DNA of 64,000 bases, taken from positions 768,001-832,000 of the forward strand of contig OZ244905.1 of assembly GCA_965221695.1 (NCBI GenBank), written 5' to 3'. The notes beneath the pieces are model-generated. The model made no database searches and was not told where the DNA came from. It worked only from the letters and a program-made list of their open reading frames with translations. The stretch is from Gammaproteobacteria bacterium. GTDB lineage: Bacteria > Pseudomonadota > Gammaproteobacteria > Eutrophobiales > Eutrophobiaceae. This document shows, in pieces, positions 9,348 through 18,631 of this stretch. The translations under genes were made by a program, and so were the position numbers. How positions within the stretch are numbered: the stretch's first letter is position 1; the number at the start of each line of letters is the position of its first letter.

Positions 9348-11690
9348 ATGTCGGCGATAAAACTTCCGTTCTTGAACGCGCCAATGGTTTGCCTGTTGTA
9401 CATGCTGAGCGCTAGTCCCGGCCCGGCCCTGGGCCAGCAGACCATGCTTGAAGAAATCATCGTAACCGCGCAGAAGCGCGAGCAGGGCATCAACGATGTC
9501 GGCATTACCGTTAATGCATTCACCGGGGCCCAGCTTGAAAACTACGGTGTGAGATCGGCGGAACACCTGGAAAGCATTACCCCGGGACTGACTATTACCA
9601 ATGCGCAGCCCCATGGCGTTCCCGTGTATACCATTCGAGGCGTCGGTTTTGCGGACTATACCACCTCGGCTTCAAGCACCGTCGGGCTTTACTTCGACGA
9701 AGTAAACCTTCCGTACAGTGTGATGACCCGCGGTGTGCTGTTTGACATGGAGCGCGTGGAAGTCCTGAAAGGGCCGCAGGGAGACCTTTACGGGCGCAAC
9801 TCCACCGCCGGGCAGATCAATTTTGTCGGTCGCAAACCCACCGAAGAATTTACGGCCGGGCTAAAACTGGGATACAGCCGTTTTGATGTGATCGACGCCG
9901 AAGCCTATGTAAGCGGCTCGCTGGCCGCTAATGCGCGCGCACGCGTGGCGGTTAAAACCACCCAATCAGCCGGTGACGGCTGGCAGAAAAGCCTGAGCCG
10001 TCCCGGTGACAGGCTGGGCGAATATGACGATATCGCGGTACGCGGCCTGCTGGATCTGGATATCAACGACAACGCATCCTTATTCATCAACCTGCACTGG
10101 TATGAGGACAATTCCGACAACATGGCGCCAACCCCGGTAGATGGAATGTCAATAGGCCTCCCGACCTCACTGGCGTTACCCACCCCCGGTAATATCATAT
10201 TTTCCGAAGGAAAGACCCGTGTTGCCGACTGGTCGCCCGACCTTCCCCCTGAACGGGACAATACTCTCAAGGGCGTTTCCGCGAAACTGGACTGGGATTT
10301 TGGTGGGGTAAACCTGACGGCAATCAGTTCCTACGACAAGTTTGATCGGGATGAAACGTTTGATCCGTCCGGTGTCGGGTTTGAAGATGCCGATGTCCTG
10401 AATACGACCGACCTTAAAGTTTTCTCACAGGAAATTCGCCTGTCGTCAAACAACGACTCCAACCTGTACTGGCTGGTCGGCGCCCACTACTCCTGGGATG
10501 AGATCAGTGAGAGCTATATCTTGTTTATGGATGAGTCGTTTTTTGCCTTTTTCGGCAACCCGCCCGGACTGGATATTGATACCAGCTACGACCAAACAAC
10601 GGAAGCCGTAGCCGCGTTCGGCCATATTGAATACGAATTCGCCCCGGATTTCCGCTTAACCCTGGGCGCGCGCTACACGGATGAGAAACGGAAATGGAGC
10701 GGCTGCACCTACGACACCGGTGACGGTTCGCTGGGCGCGCTGTGGAACTTTATTCTCACGCCTGCTGTAATGATACCGCAGGGCTTCCCGGACCCCGGCC
10801 CGCTGGAGCCGGGTGGTTGCGGCATTTATGATGAAAGGCCCGGTTCGCCGACATTCGGCCAACTGGCCGTGTTTTCGGACAGCATCACAACTGAAAAGTG
10901 GATGTGGAAAGCAACGTTTGATTACAGCCCGATAGAAGATATGCTGCTGTACGGCACGGTGTCGAAAGGGTTCAAATCCGGTGGTTTCAACGGCGCCGCC
11001 GCCCAGACTCACACCCAGCTACTGCCGTACAAAGCGGAAACATTGTTGTCTTTTGAGGCAGGCTTGAAATCGACGCTGTTTGACGGCAGGCTGCAATTGA
11101 ACCTTGCCGGCTTCTATTATGACTATGAAGACAAGCAGGAACCCACTGTGGCCGTCACGCCTGTCGGCAATATATCGGGACTCACCAACGTACCTGAATC
11201 GGAAGCCGTAGGCGTGGAGATGGAGTCACACTGGTTGATAACCTCCGGGTTGACCCTGGACCTGGGTGTTGCCTGGCTCAATACGGAAATCAAGGAATAT
11301 GAGGCTGTCGATGAATTGGCCAGCGCCTGGCCAGTTGAGATCAGGTTCGATGCTTCCGGTTCCGACCTGGCAAACTCGCCTAACTGGCAGGCTAACGGAA
11401 CGCTGACCTACGAATGGCCTCTCACCGGTACAATGAACATGATGCTGGCAGGAGATTTCTCCTACAAGGCCGACAACGACGGCGCCGTACAGCCGCCGAT
11501 CAGCGATTATTTTCTTGTGAATGCCCGTGCCAGGTTGAGCGCTGCCGACGACCGCTGGGGTGTGACAATTTGGGGGCGCAATATCTTCAATGAAGAGTAC
11601 TGGCACTCAACCTCCACCAGCAACTGCTGTTATGTGAGGATGAACGGCATGCCGGCCACTTACGGAGTTTCTCTGGATTATAATTATTAG
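9348..11690 (+). CDS. TonB-dependent receptor
   Basis: LEEIIVTAQKRE TonB box, ERVEVLKGPQGDLYGRN plug motif, aromatic C-terminus. Confidence 0.95.
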   Translation: MSAIKLPFLNAPMVCLLYMLSASPGPALGQQTMLEEIIVTAQKREQGINDVGITVNAFTGAQLENYGVRSAEHLESITPGLTITNAQPHGVPVYTIRGVGFADYTTSASSTVGLYFDEVNLPYSVMTRGVLFDMERVEVLKGPQGDLYGRNSTAGQINFVGRKPTEEFTAGLKLGYSRFDVIDAEAYVSGSLAANARARVAVKTTQSAGDGWQKSLSRPGDRLGEYDDIAVRGLLDLDINDNASLFINLHWYEDNSDNMAPTPVDGMSIGLPTSLALPTPGNIIFSEGKTRVADWSPDLPPERDNTLKGVSAKLDWDFGGVNLTAISSYDKFDRDETFDPSGVGFEDADVLNTTDLKVFSQEIRLSSNNDSNLYWLVGAHYSWDEISESYILFMDESFFAFFGNPPGLDIDTSYDQTTEAVAAFGHIEYEFAPDFRLTLGARYTDEKRKWSGCTYDTGDGSLGALWNFILTPAVMIPQGFPDPGPLEPGGCGIYDERPGSPTFGQLAVFSDSITTEKWMWKATFDYSPIEDMLLYGTVSKGFKSGGFNGAAAQTHTQLLPYKAETLLSFEAGLKSTLFDGRLQLNLAGFYYDYEDKQEPTVAVTPVGNISGLTNVPESEAVGVEMESHWLITSGLTLDLGVAWLNTEIKEYEAVDELASAWPVEIRFDASGSDLANSPNWQANGTLTYEWPLTGTMNMMLAGDFSYKADNDGAVQPPISDYFLVNARARLSAADDRWGVTIWGRNIFNEEYWHSTSTSNCCYVRMNGMPATYGVSLDYNY

Positions 11691-11729
11691 TACTCTTTCA
11701 ACTTAATTTTGACATGTTCAGCGGGTCGG
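11688..11729. repeat. 42-bp repeat; empty-site counterpart of the MITE-filled site at 61197-61393
   Basis: tagtactctttcaacTTAAttttgacatgttcagcgggtcgg is identical to the joined flanks of MITE copy 2. Confidence 0.85.
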
Positions 11730-12587
11730 CATCAGGCCCATGTCGAATTGCAGGTGGCTGAACGGCACCGGGATGTTGTAGCGGGCAGCCAGGCCGGCAT
11801 CGTCGGATTGTTCATAATGGCCTATCAGCGAACTCTTGGTGGCGAACACCGCGTCTGAGTCCAGATACTCGTCGCCTTCCGAAAATACGTGCGTTGTCAG
11901 CGGCTCGTAACCGTCCGCAGAGACGATGAAATGGATATGGGCCGGGCGCATGCCGTGACGGCTGCTGGTTCGCAACAAATCACCAACCGGTCCGTCAGTG
12001 GGTATGGAATAGGATAGCGGTTTTTCCGTGACAAAAGCGTAATTGCCTTGCTCATCCGTGGTGAAGATGCCGCGCATATTGTTCTCCGGCATGGTTTGAT
12101 CCTGCACATCATACGTACCGTTCGCTGCGGTTTGCCAGATGTCCAGCTTTGCTCCCGCTATGGGATTACCGTCCGGGTCAGTCACCCTGCCCTGTACCAG
12201 CGCAATATCTCCACCATAATGCCGCTTGATGATGCTGGCGCCGTTTTCGTATTCCGGCGCGCCGGGCACGTAAAACGGCCCTAACACTGTGGACTCGGTG
12301 CCCTGGCCGGACTTGGGGTGGTTGATCGCATCAACCAGCATGGATACGCCCAGCACGTCTGACAACAGGATAAATTCCTGGCGCTTATCGTCGCAGATCT
12401 GGCCTGTAGCGGTTAGGAACATGATGGCCTTGAACCATTCCTCTTCCGTCAACTCCACATCCTTGACAAACGCATGGAGGTGTTTGAGCAACGAGGTAAT
12501 GATCTGCCTGAACCTTGGATCTTCTGTCTTGGAACCGTATTCTTCCAACACGATTTCCGTCAGATTATCGATTGTAAAATCACGCAT
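11718..12587 (-). CDS. Intradiol ring-cleavage dioxygenase (hydroxyquinol/catechol 1,2-dioxygenase type)
   Basis: RQEFILLSDVLG, TESTVLGPFY, G.YD.Q, YSIPTDGPVG, RPAHIHF (2Tyr/2His iron site). Confidence 0.92.
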   Translation of the reverse strand: MRDFTIDNLTEIVLEEYGSKTEDPRFRQIITSLLKHLHAFVKDVELTEEEWFKAIMFLTATGQICDDKRQEFILLSDVLGVSMLVDAINHPKSGQGTESTVLGPFYVPGAPEYENGASIIKRHYGGDIALVQGRVTDPDGNPIAGAKLDIWQTAANGTYDVQDQTMPENNMRGIFTTDEQGNYAFVTEKPLSYSIPTDGPVGDLLRTSSRHGMRPAHIHFIVSADGYEPLTTHVFSEGDEYLDSDAVFATKSSLIGHYEQSDDAGLAARYNIPVPFSHLQFDMGLMPTR

Positions 12588-12609
12588 GATTTCCTCCCCG
12601 TGTAGTATT

Positions 12610-12670
12610 CACATGGATGGACAGGATATACAGGATGCTGTCATGTCTTGCATCCTGTATATCCATGTTA
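12610..12670. repeat. Palindromic repeat family D
   Basis: acatggatggacaggatatacaggat...atcctgtatatccatgtt; second copy at 63780-64000. Confidence 0.8.
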
Positions 12671-12673
12671 ATC

Positions 12674-13972
12674 TTAACGCCCTTTTGCGCGCAATGCCTG
12701 CACGGTGAAATCTGTTTCTTTAAATGGTTTTTCCGGCAATATCGCCTTGAACTGCAGGGTCGTGCAGTGCAGCGCCTGGATATCGATCATGGAGACCGCA
12801 TCGATGATCGGCACGCCCATGCCCCGGTTGGAGGGATGATGCCGGTCCGGGTGGGAGTAGGCGGCGATGGCGACTTTCCACAGGTTGCCAGGCCTGTCGA
12901 AGATGTGGCCATAGACCGGTAACATGGTCTGGGCGTCCAGGTAATAGCGACGCTTGGACAACGGATGTTGTTTCCAGTAAGGCTCGGCCTCCAGGATATA
13001 CGCCTTGCGCACGTGCCAGGTGACATTCGGAAAGCAGTTACCCTTGCCGTGGAAGCCGATGAACCTGAAACCATCGAGCTGTTGCCCCACCTCCTCCAGT
13101 TGCTGCTCGTCATGATGGAAGAACGGCAGCAGTACCCAGGTGATGCCTTTATAGGTCCACTTCTGATCCATGATGCGGCCGTTATAACCTAAAAAGTCCT
13201 CGATCATAATGTCACTGCCGAGGAATGCGTCCGTGGTCTGTCCAGACGCCAGGCGGCGCACACGCCGGTGGCCGGACAGGTACAGCCAGACCTGCTCCGG
13301 CTTGGTATCGTCTTCCAGTCGTTGTACCAGCAGTTGCGTCCCGCGCAGGTCGGGCGGCGCCAGTACTCTCAGGTACAGGCCGTGGTAGATTTCGGACGGA
13401 TTTTTCGGCATCGACGGAATCGGCTCCTGCACATGCCTGTGCATAAACTTCAGCGAACTGGCATAGAAGGACAACTCTCTCTCGATTTTGTCATGCCGTA
13501 TATTCCTGTATTGCCAGTAAAATCCATCCACCTCACCGCTGTCGTAAGAATAGGTATAGCGCAGGTTCCAGGCCAGCTTGTCCCCTGCCCTGGGATCGTC
13601 AAGTTGCGGCTCTCTGGGGAACGGCCGTCCCGCGATGTAATTGTGAATAATCCCCGGCGCATCGCCGAGTTCGGTTTGATCCAGGTAACGCCTCGTTGCG
13701 TCGATATACGCAGCATGCGTGGACATGGATATGACCTCGCCCGTGGTGATGGTCAAAAACTCATCACTGATCAGGTCCACCAGCTTAGGCGCCAGAATAG
13801 GGCGGAATGACTCCACATTTTCTTTTGTGATCACCGTGCCCGGCGCGGGGTTAAGCGAGGCAACATGTGCCAGGTCAAAGGTGAACGACTCCTCGACCAC
13901 ATCTGCCCTGAGCGCGGCGGTACCGGCCAGAAGACCAAGCAACGATACGCAGATAAATCGTCGAGAAGTCAT
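12674..13972 (-). CDS. DUF1329 family periplasmic protein (paralogue 2)
   Basis: Signal peptide; GRPFP, RRVRRLASGQTTDAFLGSDIMIEDF, HPLSKRRYYLDAQT; clear paralogue of 18632-19939. Confidence 0.85.
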   Translation of the reverse strand: MTSRRFICVSLLGLLAGTAALRADVVEESFTFDLAHVASLNPAPGTVITKENVESFRPILAPKLVDLISDEFLTITTGEVISMSTHAAYIDATRRYLDQTELGDAPGIIHNYIAGRPFPREPQLDDPRAGDKLAWNLRYTYSYDSGEVDGFYWQYRNIRHDKIERELSFYASSLKFMHRHVQEPIPSMPKNPSEIYHGLYLRVLAPPDLRGTQLLVQRLEDDTKPEQVWLYLSGHRRVRRLASGQTTDAFLGSDIMIEDFLGYNGRIMDQKWTYKGITWVLLPFFHHDEQQLEEVGQQLDGFRFIGFHGKGNCFPNVTWHVRKAYILEAEPYWKQHPLSKRRYYLDAQTMLPVYGHIFDRPGNLWKVAIAAYSHPDRHHPSNRGMGVPIIDAVSMIDIQALHCTTLQFKAILPEKPFKETDFTVQALRAKGR

Positions 13973-14042
13973 GTTTGTCCGCTAATCATTCTTCCGCAGA
14001 TGATACAGGCTGGCGTAAATGAGTTTTACGGTCTTACACCCG

Positions 14043-15593
14043 CTAATCTGTGGCATCTTCGGGCTTTTTCATAAACAGGTTGACATCATGGGGATTGACC
14101 AGGTCTCCAACCGTCCAGCCGTTGATGTCGTATTCATCCATACACTGCTGGGCAAAGTCCTTGAGTTCCTGCTCCAGGCCCGAGGCCTGCGCCGATATCA
14201 ACGCATCAATGCGGATGTTTTCGTTATTGCCCGAGTAATTGCGTTCATACAGTTCATGGCGGCCACCGAACTCCGTGCCGATGGCATCCCACAACAGGCG
14301 CATGGTCTTGACCCGGTCCTCCGCATCGTGGCCGTAAGAGCCCCGCAGGTATTTATCCAGGTAGACTTTCAGCTCCGGCACGTTGAAATCCGTCGCATGG
14401 GAGTTCAGGTAGATCAGGCCGCTGGCAACCATGTTCTCGATTAATTCCTTGGCGCGGGGATAGGCCATCGTCATCAGCACCCGATATACCTGCCCGGCAT
14501 GGCCGTTCGGCACTTTTGCGCCCTTGAAATCGTCAGGCATGCCGCACATCGCATCCGACAAGGCCCAGAACAGGTGGCGCAACACGATCATTTCACCTAT
14601 CGCCACTTGCACGCCGCGATACCCCTTGGAACCGGTGATCTCCAGGGCCTTCATGAACAGACCGGTAATGAAATCAAATTTTACCGCAAGCCGGGTGCAG
14701 CCGTGAAAGGCAAAGGTATAACCCCAACCGGAAGTACCCAGGAACGTACTGGCCGCCTCCATGTCCTGGTAGATAAAGACGTCTTCCCAGCGCATCAGCG
14801 CATTGTCCAGAACCAGTATCGCATCATTCTCATCCAGGCGGCTGGACAGCGGGTTGTCGAACGGGCTGCCCATCACCTCCGCCGCGTACGCGTAGGACGG
14901 CCGGCAAATCAGCTTCACCCCCGGCGTGTCCATGCTCAACATGCCGGAAATCGCAAAACGCTTGTCCTTGACGGGGATGGGTCCGTACTGTCCAAGGAAA
15001 TTGTAGTGTGTCAGGGCCGACCCGGTCGCCACCACCTTGGCCCCGGAAATGATGATGCCCTCATCCGTTTCCCCGGTACAGTGCATGTAGACATCCTCGA
15101 TCTCTTCATGGGGTTTATGCCGGTCCACCGGGGGATTCACCAGGGCATGGTTCAGGAACGGCACACTTTCCTGGGCGCGCCGGTACCAGTTCAGGGCATT
15201 GCCGGCATAGTCACCGAAATACTCCTGGTTGAATCCCAGGGTCAGCATCAGGCTGGCCTTGTAATCGGGGGTACGGCCCATCCAGCCGTAAGTCATGCGC
15301 GCCCACTGGGCGATGGCCTCGCGCTGGGCGATCACATCTTCGCGGCTCCTGGCGACCTTGAAGTAAGGATGGGTAAAACCGCCGTTGCCGGTATCGGTAT
15401 CGGTACGCAGGTGCGGAAATTGCTCTTCATTATGCAGCGCATCGTAGAGGCGCGCCATCATCCTTGCGGGGTTGCGGAAGGCCGGGTGTTCGGTCACGTC
15501 GCGGACCCGCTCCCCGTAAATCCAGATCTCCCGGTCGTCTTTCAGGTTCTCAAGAAATTCAGCGCCGGTATAGGGGCGAATATCGTTATCCAC
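14043..15593 (-). CDS. Two-component FADH2-dependent aromatic hydroxylase, oxygenase subunit (HpaB/PheA1-like)
   Basis: TGAEFLE.L.DDREIWIYGERV.DVT.HPAFRN, GWMGRTPDYKA, NHALVNPPVDR, SSRLDENDA, GTEFGGRHELYERNY. Confidence 0.93.
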   Translation of the reverse strand: MDNDIRPYTGAEFLENLKDDREIWIYGERVRDVTEHPAFRNPARMMARLYDALHNEEQFPHLRTDTDTGNGGFTHPYFKVARSREDVIAQREAIAQWARMTYGWMGRTPDYKASLMLTLGFNQEYFGDYAGNALNWYRRAQESVPFLNHALVNPPVDRHKPHEEIEDVYMHCTGETDEGIIISGAKVVATGSALTHYNFLGQYGPIPVKDKRFAISGMLSMDTPGVKLICRPSYAYAAEVMGSPFDNPLSSRLDENDAILVLDNALMRWEDVFIYQDMEAASTFLGTSGWGYTFAFHGCTRLAVKFDFITGLFMKALEITGSKGYRGVQVAIGEMIVLRHLFWALSDAMCGMPDDFKGAKVPNGHAGQVYRVLMTMAYPRAKELIENMVASGLIYLNSHATDFNVPELKVYLDKYLRGSYGHDAEDRVKTMRLLWDAIGTEFGGRHELYERNYSGNNENIRIDALISAQASGLEQELKDFAQQCMDEYDINGWTVGDLVNPHDVNLFMKKPEDATD

Positions 15594-15603
15594 TAAATAT
15601 GAC

Positions 15604-15632
15604 CTCTGTGATCTTTGTGTCCTCTGTGGCTA
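15604..15632. repeat. Repeat family C half-site
   Basis: ctctgtgatctttgtgtcctctgtggc; related inverted pair at 18549-18619. Confidence 0.65.
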
Positions 15633-17867
15633 GCTCACCTTCCGCGCCTTGTACTCCTCCGGACTTTCCGCGGTTTTGTATTTTTCCACTGCGATCTTCC
15701 GATGCAGGATGACCGGTTGTTCCGCGACCGGCGGTGATGCTATCTCCGCAGGGTAACAACCCATGGTTTGCTTAGCCGGGTCCATGTTGGTGCGTTTCGA
15801 GAACTGGCGCCGGTTGGTACGCTCGGCGGGGATAATATTGCCTTCACTGTCGCTGTCGAGGTCCCACCACCACTTCTTCACCGGGTTGATCAAACCGTTG
15901 CCCACCACGTCATCCAGTTTTGCGATCCAGCTTCGGGTAAACGGCAGGTTCATCGCCGCCCACAGGAACGGCCTCTCAGCCAACACCCCCTCAATGTTCC
16001 AGGGGCAGGTCTTCATACAGCGGCCGCACAGCGCGCCGGCGGCGTTGGTAATCCGATAACGCGCGCATTTTTCCACGTCCGGCTTCCACATTTCATAGCC
16101 GTTGAACATGATTTTGTCGCCGTAGGGGATCGCCTGGCACGGGCACTCCCGCGCGCACTTGGTGCATTTCTCACAAAAATCCTGCAAGCCGAAATCGATC
16201 GGTTTATCCGGCAATAACGGCAAATCAGTCGTGATAATACCGGACTTGAAGCGCGGACCCACGTAGGGATTCAACACCAGTTCACCGATGCGGCTCAGTT
16301 CGCCCAGCCCCGCTTCCAGGATGATAGGAATATGCAGAACATCCTGGTCCATCACGCTGTGGCCCCGGGCGGAATACCCCAGGGAGCGGATATGGGCGCC
16401 GACAACACCGCCGATGAGCTGGGCGCGCAAGTAGGCGCGCATGCTTTGTGCGCCACTGATCCAGTCATCCCCGCTGGCGCCTTCCATGGTCTCGTAGCCC
16501 TGGTCCACCAGGATGGCGATTCCGTACTTGTGGTACGGCTTTATCTCCGAACCGTCGGTATCGTGGGAATACCAGGCATAGTCGGGCAGCTCGCAGATGC
16601 CCACCATGTCCGCTCCCATGTAATACAGGGCGGCCTTCACCGCCTCGGCGTTTTTTTTCGGATCATCGGTACCGGGGGCAATAGCATCCGCTTCCTTGCC
16701 ATACTGCAGCGGCACCATTGCACCCAGCGGCGGTATCATCGCATGGCCGTATGGCGACTTGGTGATCATGCGAAAATTGTGCAATTCCTGCTGCGGTTTA
16801 TCACCGAGATCGCCCAGGGCAGCGCGGATAAACATATCGTGACGTTTGGGAACCCGCGGCACGTTCGGCCGGTCAATAAACGTAGTGGTGGTGTCCTGCG
16901 TTTTCAGTTTTTCCATCGGATAAGGACCCAGGCGGAACGGCCTGTTTTTGAACAGCTTGCCCTTGTAGCCCGGTCGCGCCCCGCCCATTCCCAGCCACCA
17001 GCCCGGGCCATGAGACTTCAGCGATTGCATCATCCCGCGTTGCGCCAGCGGTTTATCGGCCGCCAGCTCCATGGTTGTCGAGACCACGGCCATACCGAAT
17101 TGATCCCCAAGGTAGGGGTTGGTGACCTTGCCACCGCCGTTGGCGCCGGTTACCTCTCCCAGGCCGCTGCAAAGCAACAGGTAATCGAGATCGAGGTCGC
17201 TTGCCGATGCGGTGTGCAATGTCGCCTCATATCCCAGAAAACGGATGTAATTCACCATCACCGCCGCCGCTTCGGCCACTCTTAGCGCTGCCCGCTGTGG
17301 CTGGGTACCGACCAGCCAGGTTTCGCTCTCAGCATGAGATTCCGGTTCCCTGGTGTACTCGAACAGTAGGACCAGCGCATAGCCATGACTGAAATCCTTG
17401 TTCGCGTCCTCCATGGAACGCTGCCAGGCTTCCTGGCCTTCCCGGACGGTAAACTCTGCCATCGCATTGGCCGCCGACCCGGCCTGGTATTCTTTTTCCT
17501 GCGCTTGCGCCAGCGACTCATTGATGATGGGTTGTGCCAGTATCGCTTGTTCGGGTATCGCGCAGGTCGCCGCCATACTGACATCGAGGTTGTAACAACC
17601 GGCTTTCAGGTGATTGGCGCGTTCTTGCGGGTCTGACGGAATGGGCGCCTGCTTGGGCGCCGGGTCGCCCAGGCGCATGCGGTCGAACAGGTCGAGGTAT
17701 TCACGGAACGCGCCGGCCATGGATTCCGGATTGCCGGGCGTAACCGCTTCCCGCGTTCGTTGCCCTGCAGCCGGTGAATAGTCGGGTATGGAATTACCGC
17801 GTGCCAGCCGTTCCAGCGGGAATGGACCCATGTGCATGGCACGATGTTTATGGGAAAAGAGTCGCAT
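15630..17867 (-). CDS. rdhA: Catabolic (non-respiratory) cobalamin/Fe-S reductive dehalogenase, NpRdhA/BhbA-like
   Basis: AGLGELSRIG..LNP..GPRFKS..ITTDLPL.PDKPIDFG, FCEKCTKCARECP and CGRCMKTCP; duplicated N-terminal domain (GPFPLE/GPYPME, SGLGE/AGLGE, ADKPL/PDKPI); no Tat signal. Confidence 0.92.
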   Translation of the reverse strand: MRLFSHKHRAMHMGPFPLERLARGNSIPDYSPAAGQRTREAVTPGNPESMAGAFREYLDLFDRMRLGDPAPKQAPIPSDPQERANHLKAGCYNLDVSMAATCAIPEQAILAQPIINESLAQAQEKEYQAGSAANAMAEFTVREGQEAWQRSMEDANKDFSHGYALVLLFEYTREPESHAESETWLVGTQPQRAALRVAEAAAVMVNYIRFLGYEATLHTASASDLDLDYLLLCSGLGEVTGANGGGKVTNPYLGDQFGMAVVSTTMELAADKPLAQRGMMQSLKSHGPGWWLGMGGARPGYKGKLFKNRPFRLGPYPMEKLKTQDTTTTFIDRPNVPRVPKRHDMFIRAALGDLGDKPQQELHNFRMITKSPYGHAMIPPLGAMVPLQYGKEADAIAPGTDDPKKNAEAVKAALYYMGADMVGICELPDYAWYSHDTDGSEIKPYHKYGIAILVDQGYETMEGASGDDWISGAQSMRAYLRAQLIGGVVGAHIRSLGYSARGHSVMDQDVLHIPIILEAGLGELSRIGELVLNPYVGPRFKSGIITTDLPLLPDKPIDFGLQDFCEKCTKCARECPCQAIPYGDKIMFNGYEMWKPDVEKCARYRITNAAGALCGRCMKTCPWNIEGVLAERPFLWAAMNLPFTRSWIAKLDDVVGNGLINPVKKWWWDLDSDSEGNIIPAERTNRRQFSKRTNMDPAKQTMGCYPAEIASPPVAEQPVILHRKIAVEKYKTAESPEEYKARKVS

Positions 17868-17934
17868 TTCAATCAATCGCCAATGTTATGATTCGATGTT
17901 CGATAACGGGTTTGGATGCTGCCCCTGTTGATCT

Positions 17935-18528
17935 TTATGTTTTTTGCAGTCCGAGTTCGCGCAAGTAGTCATGCACGAAATCAATCCGGTCATTGCCCCA
18001 GAATATCTGGTCGCCTTGCACAAATGTCGGCACGCCGATCACACCGGCTTCCTGCGCCTCCTGCCAGTTGTCCTCCAGGACCTTCTGCCTGGCCGGATCA
18101 TCCAGTGACGCACTGAACTCATCGGGGTCTAGGCCACACTCACGGGCGATGTCCACCAGGGTATCAAGCTGTCCAATATCCTTACCCAGCGCCCATTCGG
18201 TATCCATCACCCGGTTGATATAGTCTCGCAGGCAGCCTTTTTCTTCGGCCAATAGAGAACCAACACCCGCCGGAGTCGGATCAGTGGTAATGGGTGGAGG
18301 GTTGCAAGGGATATTCATCCGTTTTGCCCAGCGGGCAACATCCTGGCGGGTAAGCGGGATTTTGACCTTTGCCCGGTCCGGCGCCGAGCGGCCGTTCCAT
18401 CCTGCCAGCGGCCGCCAAACCAGGTTGACATGGTAGTCATCCACCAGGCTGAACATGGTCTTGCTGGCGAGATAACAATAAGGACTTCGAAAATTGAAGA
18501 AAAACTTTAAATCAACAGACTCCCTCAC
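17935..18528 (-). CDS. 2-hydroxychromene-2-carboxylate isomerase / kappa-class GST (DsbA fold)
   Basis: FFFNFRSPYCYLA, GVIGVPTFV..QIFWGNDR. Confidence 0.85.
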   Translation of the reverse strand: MRESVDLKFFFNFRSPYCYLASKTMFSLVDDYHVNLVWRPLAGWNGRSAPDRAKVKIPLTRQDVARWAKRMNIPCNPPPITTDPTPAGVGSLLAEEKGCLRDYINRVMDTEWALGKDIGQLDTLVDIARECGLDPDEFSASLDDPARQKVLEDNWQEAQEAGVIGVPTFVQGDQIFWGNDRIDFVHDYLRELGLQKT

Positions 18529-18548
18529 CTGTGCTGCTCCTTACGTCT

Positions 18549-18619
18549 GCCAAAGAGGGCACGAATGTCGCAGAGCAATCAAGTCAAACTCTGTGAATTC
18601 TGTACCCTCTGTGGCAATA
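18549..18619. repeat. Repeat family C inverted pair
   Basis: gccaaagagggcacgaatgtcgcagag ... ctctgtgaattctgtaccctctgtggc. Confidence 0.65.
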
Positions 18620-18631
18620 AAATAAGTGATG

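Noticed and set aside
14043-15593. TcpA/TftD-type para-dehalogenating monooxygenase
   Set aside because: Motifs look closer to the HpaB/PheA1 ortho-hydroxylases; a tree is needed to be sure
14499-17285. Long plus-strand ORFs of 365 and 317 aa
   Set aside because: Antisense to the hydroxylase and rdhA; expected in GC-rich coding DNA
15630-17867. Respiratory RdhA or epoxyqueuosine reductase QueG
   Set aside because: No Tat signal or rdhB; the size, duplicated N-terminal domain and aromatic context fit the catabolic class
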